In this document: piece by piece, positions 15,354 through 22,713 of the stretch
How the letters are laid out: every line of letters begins with the position of its first letter
How positions within the stretch are numbered: position 1 is the stretch's first letter
NCBI GenBank assembly: GCA_964368135.1
Contig: CAYIZI010000003.1
Span: forward strand, 1-50,317
DNA: 50,317 bases
From: an uncultured Candidatus Saccharibacteria bacterium
GTDB lineage: Bacteria; Patescibacteriota; Minisyncoccia; 2-02-FULL-40-12
Direction: 5' to 3'
Notes under the pieces: model-generated
Seen by the model: the letters and a program-made list of their open reading frames with translations, nothing else
Told to the model about the DNA's origin: nothing
Database searches by the model: none
Translations under genes and position numbers: made by a program

Positions 15354-16451
15354 ATGCCGGCTAAAAATGATAAAAGATCATATGTTATTATATTGGTCCT
15401 GATTTTATTTATAACCGTAACTCTGTTTATTTATCTTAGGTTTGGTTCGGTTTTCGGATTGTATGAGTCATTGAAATATAAAAATAGTTCAAATCAGGAT
15501 TTAGTCGTTCCTAAAACCGGCGACCCTCTGGTCCAAGAGAAGGGTTGGTCTGATCTGATGGACCGGATCGGCGTGGCCGAAGCCTACCTGGCTTTTAAAA
15601 ATCAATACGATAATGAAAATTTTGGCGTTCAGCATACCGTGGCTCACATAATCGGCGAATTAATATATGAGAAAAAAGGCATTGAGGGGTTGACGATCTG
15701 CGACAGCGAATTTGCCTTTGGCTGTTACCATAGTTTTTTCGGATTGGCTTTAGCCGAAAACGGCACCTCGGTTATTCAAAAATTGGATGCCGAATGCGTC
15801 AAAAAGTACGGACCGCTTGGCACCGGCTGTCAGCACGGAATCGGCCATGGTTTGGTAGAGTATTTCGGCCATGACTATGGCGGACTCACAAAATCTCTGG
15901 ATGCTTGTAAGCTGACGACCCAAATGGCGCCCCTGGCTGGATGCACTTCGGGGGTGTTTATGGAGTTTAATCTTTCAACCATCCTCTCGGATAGAGGAGG
16001 AATCAGTAAGACCCGGGATTTTGATCCGGGACAACCCTATTATCCCTGTAACTTGATTTTGGCAAAATACAAAGACTCTTGTTATTATGAAATGGCCCAA
16101 TGGTTGAATAGTATCCCTGATTTTAATGATGATTTTGCCAATATTGGACGGCTTTGCCAGGGAGTTGAGAGCTACGAGAATCGGATTTCGTGCTACTTGG
16201 GCGTTGGAAATGTAGCCGGCCCTTCAAGCAACTATGAAGTCGAGAAAGCCAAAGAGAAGTGCAATAGCTTACCAACTAAAGAAGGCCGGATTGAATGTCT
16301 GGCCGGTGCGTCCTGGAGTTTTGATGCTAACCCGGATTTCAGGCCCTTGGCTTATTTGTTATGCGAAGGATTAAGTTCAACCGATACCGTCCATTGTATC
16401 CGGAGTTCCGATGTTTTAAAACAAAAAAAGAATAATCAGCAAGATATATAA
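15354..16451 (+). CDS. Cys/His-rich membrane-anchored repeat protein, paralogue 2 of 3
   Basis: N-terminal TM helix. HTVAHIIGELIYEKKGIEGL and CQHGIGHG align with paralogue 1. Seven C-x(n)-C units. Confidence 0.7.
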   Translation: MPAKNDKRSYVIILVLILFITVTLFIYLRFGSVFGLYESLKYKNSSNQDLVVPKTGDPLVQEKGWSDLMDRIGVAEAYLAFKNQYDNENFGVQHTVAHIIGELIYEKKGIEGLTICDSEFAFGCYHSFFGLALAENGTSVIQKLDAECVKKYGPLGTGCQHGIGHGLVEYFGHDYGGLTKSLDACKLTTQMAPLAGCTSGVFMEFNLSTILSDRGGISKTRDFDPGQPYYPCNLILAKYKDSCYYEMAQWLNSIPDFNDDFANIGRLCQGVESYENRISCYLGVGNVAGPSSNYEVEKAKEKCNSLPTKEGRIECLAGASWSFDANPDFRPLAYLLCEGLSSTDTVHCIRSSDVLKQKKNNQQDI

Positions 16452-16453
16452 CG

Positions 16454-17665
16454 ATGCCCCGCCGCATTAGAAGAATAAAACCCCTATATTTTATAATTAT
16501 TATTGCGGCGATTATCGCGGCTGAATCGGCTTGGTTGTTTTTTAATTCTGATCAATCTTTTTTTAAGAAAAAAACCATTGAGCAATACGCCCAGGAAGTG
16601 CTTCGGGCTTGCCGCCAGGCTAACTATCGGCCGACCTGCTATGATGAAGAAATTCCAAAACTTATGGATTATATTTCAATGGAGGATGCTTTTAAAGTAA
16701 CGCGGATAGTTCAGGACAATGATTCCAGTTATGCCTATTGTCATGTCTTAGCCCACGAGTTAAGCGCTCGGGAAGTTCAGAAAGACCCTTTAAATTGGAA
16801 AGATGTGGTTACGAGATGTCCAAGCGGGATGTGCTCTAACGGCTGTCTCCATGGCGGTTTTCAGGAAAAGTTCAGAGCCGAAAGTTTTACCCCTGAACAG
16901 ATTGAAGAACTAAAGCCGGATCTTTACTCTTTGTGCGAACGCCGAGATTCTTGGAATCCGACCGGCATGGAACAGGCCTCTTGCTATCACGCTCTCGGCC
17001 ATTTGACAATGTATGTGACCGGGGCCGACATATTCAAGTCGCTCGAAGTTTGCGACGAAACCGCTCTTAAAAAGGACGGCCGGGACTTTCGCCAACTATG
17101 CTATGACGGCGCGTTTATGCAAATATTCCAACCTCTTGAACCAGAGGATTTTGATTTAGTGGAAGGCAAGGAAGTTAAAAAAGAAGAATTGGAAAAGTTC
17201 TGTTCCCAATTCAGCGGCCATGAAAAAGCGTCTTGCCGAAGCGAGGGCTGGCCTCTTTTTCGCGACGAACTTCAAAAACCGGCCGAACTGGTTAAGTATT
17301 GTTCTAAGTCTGACCCGTCTGAATTAGGGAGGTGTTATAGCGCTATAATTTATGTTATGGCCGCCCAGTTTGGTCTGGATTCTGATAAAATTTATGAATA
17401 TTGTTCTGGCTTGCCTAACCCAGTTAGCGGCCAGTGCTTTGCTAATTCTGCTTCCAGGATGATAGAAACTGACTATAGAAATATTAATAAGGCCGTCACT
17501 TTATGCACTCGGGCCGCCGAATTTGACCGTAATAACCAATGCCTGAATGAAATGCTGGTCTACTCTGATTATAATTTCCATAGAGATTCACCCGAGTTTG
17601 CCGAAATTTGCCAGGCCCTGCCTCCCGGCTGGAAAGAAAAATGTCTAAGCGGCAATAAACTATAA
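16454..17665 (+). CDS. Cys/His-rich membrane-anchored repeat protein, paralogue 3 of 3 (divergent)
   Basis: N-terminal TM helix. CHVLAHELSA and CYHALGH motifs. Repeated C-x(9-16)-C units in the same register. Confidence 0.65.
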   Translation: MPRRIRRIKPLYFIIIIAAIIAAESAWLFFNSDQSFFKKKTIEQYAQEVLRACRQANYRPTCYDEEIPKLMDYISMEDAFKVTRIVQDNDSSYAYCHVLAHELSAREVQKDPLNWKDVVTRCPSGMCSNGCLHGGFQEKFRAESFTPEQIEELKPDLYSLCERRDSWNPTGMEQASCYHALGHLTMYVTGADIFKSLEVCDETALKKDGRDFRQLCYDGAFMQIFQPLEPEDFDLVEGKEVKKEELEKFCSQFSGHEKASCRSEGWPLFRDELQKPAELVKYCSKSDPSELGRCYSAIIYVMAAQFGLDSDKIYEYCSGLPNPVSGQCFANSASRMIETDYRNINKAVTLCTRAAEFDRNNQCLNEMLVYSDYNFHRDSPEFAEICQALPPGWKEKCLSGNKL

Positions 17666-17673
17666 TAAATTAA

Positions 17674-19209
17674 ATGTCCGCAAGCAGAATCCAAAGATTT
17701 TTACGGCAACATTGGTCAATCCTAATTTTGATAGCTATAGTAGTACTGGCTCTATGGGCGAGATTCCCGTTGATTGGTTATCCACTGACCGATACTGCCC
17801 AGGGTGAGCCGAGCCGCGATTACCTCGTTGCTAATCATATTTTATCTTTTCATGAGTGGCCGCTGACCGGTCCCTGGAATGGATTTTTCAGCGGTTTCTT
17901 AAATAGTCCCAGCTATTATTATTTAATCGCCTTTTTTCTGTTATTTAGAAATAGTATTGTTTTTTTAGTTTTAGTAAATATTTTACTTCAAGTAATCACC
18001 GGCATACTGCTCTATATTCTGGGGTATAAACTTTTCAGTGAGAGTACAGGATTATCCGCTGCCTTATTATTTCTTTTCAGCAATGAAAATATATTTTTTC
18101 ATTCTCAGTATTTTTGGCAACCCTATGTGATGCAAGTTGTTTTAATACTTGCCTTTCTGCTTATCTGTATGTCTTTTCAAAATAAAAGAATCGGGTGGCT
18201 TTTGGCTGGTATATCTGCTTTTATATTTGCCACGTCACTTCACATGTCTGCGCTGGGAATCTTACCTGTTTTTGGGGTAGCCGCAGCAGCTTCCTTTAAA
18301 AGAATGGATCCTAGTCAAAGGAAATACCCGTTTGTTATTTCTACCGCCGTTGGCAGCTTATTTTTATTGTACGGCCCGCTCCTATTTTTTAATCATCCTT
18401 ATGATCCGGCGGACCGGATGATAAACTTAAACGGCTTAACCACTGCCTCTCTCGGTCCTTATTGGCTGCAATTCAGACTTGTTTTATTGAAGATGGCCGA
18501 GGTTTTTGTCAGAGACATTAATTTTCATAGCGCTATAGCCATTATTTTTGCCGGTCTTTTATTGGCAAAGTCCTTAATCGGCGGCGGAGCATTAACCAGG
18601 ACTAAACTATGTTTTATTACTGCTGGTATTTTTATTTTGCCAATTATGCTTGCTTTCGCAGAGGCGACCTATCATAGATTTTACTTTATACCAATATTCG
18701 GACTGGTTATATTACTTTTAGCCGGTGTTATTGATGATGTCTTTTCCGGATCAGCCCGCGTTTTTAAATGGATAGTTGTGGCCGGATTCTTTATTCTCAT
18801 TTCTGGCAAGTTGAGTTTTTTAGACCTTCAGTCTCGGGGACCGTACAATTCAACAATAGAACAGGCCGTAAGCGCTGTTGCTCACTTTGACATTTTGTCT
18901 TTTTCGGTCGCGGCTTATGCTCAAGAATCGGAGAATGCCCCGGCCTTAGTTTCAATGCATCCCGCTCTATTAATCGCCCCATTGGAAAATTATTTTAAAC
19001 TTCCGCTGTCAAATATTGATACTTTTCTTTCAAGCGGTTATGAATTGAGTAATAATAACTCAAAGAGAATGCTCATACTTTGTAGGGGCTTAGAGCTGGC
19101 CAGCAAGGATATTTGCGCCGCTCAATTTCACAAAGATCATCCGGGTTATACTGTTGAAAGAGAAATTTTTTATACTTACCCCTTGTTAATTTTAATTGCT
19201 GACAAGTGA
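17674..19209 (+). CDS. polytopic membrane protein, possibly GT-C (ArnT/PMT-like) glycosyltransferase fold
   Basis: 511 aa with at least 10 hydrophobic segments, then a soluble C-terminal domain of about 130 aa. The family assignment is tentative and rests on topology only. Confidence 0.45.
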   Translation: MSASRIQRFLRQHWSILILIAIVVLALWARFPLIGYPLTDTAQGEPSRDYLVANHILSFHEWPLTGPWNGFFSGFLNSPSYYYLIAFFLLFRNSIVFLVLVNILLQVITGILLYILGYKLFSESTGLSAALLFLFSNENIFFHSQYFWQPYVMQVVLILAFLLICMSFQNKRIGWLLAGISAFIFATSLHMSALGILPVFGVAAAASFKRMDPSQRKYPFVISTAVGSLFLLYGPLLFFNHPYDPADRMINLNGLTTASLGPYWLQFRLVLLKMAEVFVRDINFHSAIAIIFAGLLLAKSLIGGGALTRTKLCFITAGIFILPIMLAFAEATYHRFYFIPIFGLVILLLAGVIDDVFSGSARVFKWIVVAGFFILISGKLSFLDLQSRGPYNSTIEQAVSAVAHFDILSFSVAAYAQESENAPALVSMHPALLIAPLENYFKLPLSNIDTFLSSGYELSNNNSKRMLILCRGLELASKDICAAQFHKDHPGYTVEREIFYTYPLLILIADK

Positions 19210-19628
19210 TTACCAGAAATAAAGTTTTAATTATAATCTTTTTGACCGTTGCTCTGGCATCCGTTTCTTATGTTTTGTATCTTGGCCGCAAGAAGGGTAC
19301 TTCTTATGGTTACAAAAATGTCCAAAGCTTTGATAAATCTCTTATTGTTTCAAACGATATCGTGGTCACAGGGAAAAGTGATGGATTTTATCCTTCAGAA
19401 ATTGCTATTAAGAAAGGCACTCGGGTGGTTTGGGTGAATGAAAGCGGCCGTCCGTTTTGGCCGGCTTCTAATCTTCATCCGACCCATGAACTGTATCCTG
19501 AATTTGATCCCAAAGAGCCGGTCCCAGACGGCCAGGCCTGGAGTTTTACCTTTAAAAAAATAGGCGATTGGCCGTATCATGACCACTTAAGACCCAGTAG
19601 AAGAGGAATCATCAAAGTAACCGATTAG
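19206..19628 (+). CDS. membrane-anchored cupredoxin-like protein
   Basis: N-terminal TM helix. FYPSEIAIKKGTRVVWVNES ... WSFTFKKIGDWPYHDHL ... GIIKV resembles a plastocyanin-like fold. The canonical Cys ligand is replaced (YHDH). It overlaps the upstream gene by 4 nt. Confidence 0.55.
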   Translation: MITRNKVLIIIFLTVALASVSYVLYLGRKKGTSYGYKNVQSFDKSLIVSNDIVVTGKSDGFYPSEIAIKKGTRVVWVNESGRPFWPASNLHPTHELYPEFDPKEPVPDGQAWSFTFKKIGDWPYHDHLRPSRRGIIKVTD

Positions 19629-19749
19629 CAGCCGCGGATTTGAGTTTTGATTTAGATGCAAGACCCTCCCTAAAACTCTTGATATTAAAACTCTCATAAA
19701 ACCTTGATTTTTGGCAAGATGTGGTGCCAGGATTGGGCCATCACATAGT

Positions 19750-19778
19750 TTGTGAATATCGTATGAAAATGCTATAGT
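19750..19778 (+). promoter_or_regulatory. sigma70-like promoter (TTGTGA-17-TATAGT), apparently giving a near-leaderless mRNA
   Basis: The -10 ends 6 nt before the ATG at 19785. Confidence 0.4.
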
Positions 19779-19784
19779 GGCGAT

Positions 19785-20078
19785 ATGGCTATTAGCAGAG
19801 CCGCCCACTCTTTGCCCGATTTTTTCAGGCCCCTAATGTGGTCCTACGATTTTAATTCTTTGGATTTGGAGAAAAATAAAAAAACCATAATCGTAAATAC
19901 GATCAACTACGGCGACTTAAAGCATTGGCGTTGGATAGCGAAGCATTACGGTAAAAACAGGATTAAAGAGGTTTTAGGGGCGATCCCGGCCCAAGAATTA
20001 AGAAACAGAGCCAGAAAATTAGCTTCCCTGATTTTTTCGTTACAAGATTTCAACTATGCACCGAGAGGCGCTAAATGA
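19785..20078 (+). CDS. small protein of unknown function, upstream partner of the AbiEii-like fragment
   Basis: 97-aa ORF that overlaps the next ORF by 23 nt in another frame. The arrangement is typical of two-gene TA-like modules. Confidence 0.45.
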   Translation: MAISRAAHSLPDFFRPLMWSYDFNSLDLEKNKKTIIVNTINYGDLKHWRWIAKHYGKNRIKEVLGAIPAQELRNRARKLASLIFSLQDFNYAPRGAK

Positions 20079-20454
20079 AGAAGGCAAAAAATTATTCCCC
20101 CTTTTTAACAAGCTTTTCAATCTTATTCAGCCGTTCGTTGAATACGAAGGAGTGAGGCTGTTGAGTATTGAAGAAATCGGCGCGACGAAAGCATACGTGA
20201 TAGGCCGGCGGGGGGACTTTAAGGATTATGTCGATTTGTACTATATTTTATCCGAAGGTTATTCCTCGCTGGAAAAAATAGTTAATGTTGCTGAAACAAA
20301 GTATCAGAATGAGTTTAACTCAAGGTTATTTTTAGAGCAACTGGTGTATTTAGAAGATATAGAAGAGTCTCAACTTATATTTTTGAAAAAACAAATGGCA
20401 AAAAAAGAATTAGAAATTTTTTTTAGCGAAGCAATCAGGAACTTAAAGTTGTAA
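20056..20454 (+). pseudogene. nucleotidyltransferase AbiEii-like toxin, internally truncated
   Basis: The N-terminal MHREALNEEGKKLFPLF and the C-terminal SIEEIGATKAYVIGRRGDFKDYVDLYYIL resemble AbiEii-family proteins from memory. The catalytic segment expected between them is absent. Confidence 0.4.
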
Positions 20455-20539
20455 TCCTAAATCCCAAACTCCTCATAAAACCCGGTGATTTGATAAATTC
20501 GCCAGTTGACTGATTTTTTTGTTTTGATATTATAAAAAT

Positions 20540-20764
20540 ATGGACACGATTACTATTCCTAAGACCGAATATAGAAAGTTAAAGAGTTATTCCTCGGCCT
20601 ATCTTAAAATTGTAGAAAAAATCGCCGAAGCTGAGCGAGATTATTCCTATGATTATAACTATATAGACAAGCTTACTCGTCAGGCAAAATTAGATTACAA
20701 AAAAGGAAAGGCCATTGAAGCAGATTCAGTGGACGAAGCGGTGATGAAATTTAATAAAAAATGA
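20540..20764 (+). CDS. putative antitoxin (74 aa)
   Basis: Small acidic ORF whose stop overlaps the toxin start in ATGA. Confidence 0.5.
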   Translation: MDTITIPKTEYRKLKSYSSAYLKIVEKIAEAERDYSYDYNYIDKLTRQAKLDYKKGKAIEADSVDEAVMKFNKK

Positions 20765-21012
20765 GGATTTTCTATTCCTCTAAATTTCTCCGTTCATTTG
20801 ATAAACTGCCAAAGCCGATTCAAAACGAGTTTCGAAAGAAAGAGATTGTTTTTAGAGAAAATCTTCACGATCCAGGCCTGCGGACGCACAAATTAAAAGA
20901 CAGAAGGGAATGGGGTTTTTTGATCACCTATAAGATTCGGGTGATTTTTGTTTTTGAAAAAAGTCATATTCTTTTCGTAAATATAGGCGACCACTCTATT
21001 TATCGGAGATAA
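20761..21012 (+). CDS. RelE/ParE-superfamily toxin-like protein (83 aa)
   Basis: The pattern FLRSFDKLPKPIQ ... THKLKD ... WGFLITYKIRVIFVFE ... FVNIGDHSIY is typical of RelE/YafQ-like mRNA interferases. Confidence 0.6.
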   Translation: MRIFYSSKFLRSFDKLPKPIQNEFRKKEIVFRENLHDPGLRTHKLKDRREWGFLITYKIRVIFVFEKSHILFVNIGDHSIYRR

Positions 21013-21054
21013 ATTTCTCAAACCACTCATAAAATCAAGGAAAAACCTTAAAAT

Positions 21055-21084
21055 TTGACATTTTTTTAAGAAGCGTCTTATAAT
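21055..21084 (+). promoter_or_regulatory. consensus sigma70 promoter (TTGACA-18-TATAAT)
   Basis: Read directly, about 60 nt upstream of the 21143 ATG. Confidence 0.55.
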
Positions 21085-21142
21085 AGAATTAGCAATTTCT
21101 CTTTAACAATTTTGATAGGAAGCCCAAGAAAGGAGGCTGACT

Positions 21143-22072
21143 ATGCGTAAGAACTTTTTGCCGTCGCTCGTCGTTCTGCTTGCTGGGGCCGCGCTGGTCG
21201 TCTCCAGCGGATGCAATATCTTCAGGAACTTGCCGAGTGCACCGGACAGTTCTGATCCGGGCCCCGCGGTCCAGAGAACTATCCGGGTGGTTTCTTGTGA
21301 AACGTTCAGTCCGATTCAAGGCGCCTTTGTTACCGTGGGGAAGAATAATAGTTCTTCGGTTACCGACGGATCAGGTTACGTAACTCTGGAAGCTGGGGAT
21401 AACGACAGGATCAAAATTGAGGCGACCGGATTTTTGGGCCCTCACGATACTCCTCTGAATGGTGAAGAAGAATTTTGCCTTTTTCCGGAAAGACCGGGAT
21501 TTGAAAGAAGTTTTATCCGCCCGTTTCTTTACAAATATATTGATCTGCGCAAACTCCGCAACTCGACCCTGAAGGTCCACTTTTCTGACGAACTCCGGGC
21601 CAACCGCGAAGTTGTGGCAATATATGAAAAAGCAATTCCGATTGCGATGTCTGCCTTTAACGGTCATGTTCGTCCCCCAGAAACACCAATAGTGATCGAA
21701 ATAATAGACGTCAACGACCAGCCTAACTTTGGGGTGGTTCTGGAAGTGTTCTTTAACTCGAATCCCGATGATCCCCCGAGGATAGATACATCGGTTGATG
21801 GGGATAATATTATCTATAGAGCTTCAAGGTCTTACAACCCAAGACATTTTCCCATCACAAATCTGCCCTCTGTTCTTTACACTCTTGGCGCGGTTACCGG
21901 CCTTGGCTCAACGGGTTGGCCGGGAATTATGCAACAGAACAATCCTTCTCCACCTGACGACTTTACGGATATCGAGAAACTAGCCATGCGTATGTCGCTG
22001 TGGAGAAAAGCTGGCAATCAGTTTCCCGACTGCACGCCTGCAAGACTTCAGCCCTGCCCCGCCATACGGTAA
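21143..22072 (+). CDS. lipoprotein of unknown function (lipobox VSSGC), GC-rich
   Basis: GGAGG Shine-Dalgarno site. Signal peptide plus Cys. A carboxypeptidase-regulatory-like beta-sandwich segment (GAFVTVGKNNSSSVTDGSGYVTLEAGDNDRIKIEATGF). GC is 60% in line 21241-21300. Confidence 0.6.
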   Translation: MRKNFLPSLVVLLAGAALVVSSGCNIFRNLPSAPDSSDPGPAVQRTIRVVSCETFSPIQGAFVTVGKNNSSSVTDGSGYVTLEAGDNDRIKIEATGFLGPHDTPLNGEEEFCLFPERPGFERSFIRPFLYKYIDLRKLRNSTLKVHFSDELRANREVVAIYEKAIPIAMSAFNGHVRPPETPIVIEIIDVNDQPNFGVVLEVFFNSNPDDPPRIDTSVDGDNIIYRASRSYNPRHFPITNLPSVLYTLGAVTGLGSTGWPGIMQQNNPSPPDDFTDIEKLAMRMSLWRKAGNQFPDCTPARLQPCPAIR

Positions 22073-22164
22073 TTTTTACCACCTTAGGCGGGGCTTTTGT
22101 TGATAACTGAGTTTATGTATTTTTAGTCTTAATATATAATTAGATTAAATATAAAAAAGTAAGT

Positions 22165-22713
22165 ATGTCTCAAAACCAACAAACTCTAATCCTAGCGCTA
22201 TCATTGCTTGCTGTCTCAGTTGGGTTTGCTTATAGAAGCCGGGTATCAACTCCTTCCGTATCTAAAAACACCAAGCCTGGAGAAGAGAGGCAAGTATCAT
22301 CTGTTCCAGTAGCTTCTGTTCCTTTTTTGATTTTCCCTTCCGTTGAAAGTCGGAAATTATTGAGGGAAAACTTTGACAATCGAAGCCTTGCCCTGGAGTT
22401 TAATCAATTTATTCATCCTAGCGCTGAAGAAAAATCTATGTATGAATTTGTTTATGCTGGTTCTAATAATACTGTTCTGGGTTTTGAAATATCCTACCAA
22501 TTAATCGACGGCAACTTACCCCAGGTTTATAAAGAAGAGATGGATGCGGCCGGATTAAACGGTTGGAAAATTTTAGCTGCCAATCTCGAAGATGATCATG
22601 CTTTTATAGATGTAGAAAGAAAGACGGGAAATACCAGTTTTCAAGTTCGTCTTTCTCTTGACCGGGAAAATGAATTGCTTATGGCTAACGTCCAATTTTT
22701 AATAAGTCCCTAA
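22165..22713 (+). CDS. membrane-anchored hypothetical protein
   Basis: 182-aa ORF with an N-terminal hydrophobic helix. Its stop overlaps the next start (TAATG). Confidence 0.5.
   Translation: MSQNQQTLILALSLLAVSVGFAYRSRVSTPSVSKNTKPGEERQVSSVPVASVPFLIFPSVESRKLLRENFDNRSLALEFNQFIHPSAEEKSMYEFVYAGSNNTVLGFEISYQLIDGNLPQVYKEEMDAAGLNGWKILAANLEDDHAFIDVERKTGNTSFQVRLSLDRENELLMANVQFLISP

Noticed and set aside
19629-21142. I considered an integron-like cassette array with attC sites at the TA cassette boundaries.
   Set aside because: No integrase is present. The boundary motifs are not imperfect palindromes with R''/R' core sites. They end in -35-like hexamers, which is more consistent with promoters.
22045-22060. 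The 9-mer CCTGCCCCG at the 3' end of the lipoprotein gene matches the left end of the in-frame hairpin element.
   Set aside because: The match is only 9 nt. The hairpin, the right-hand CGGGGTTTT and the flanking T-run are all absent, so it is most likely chance in a GC-rich gene.
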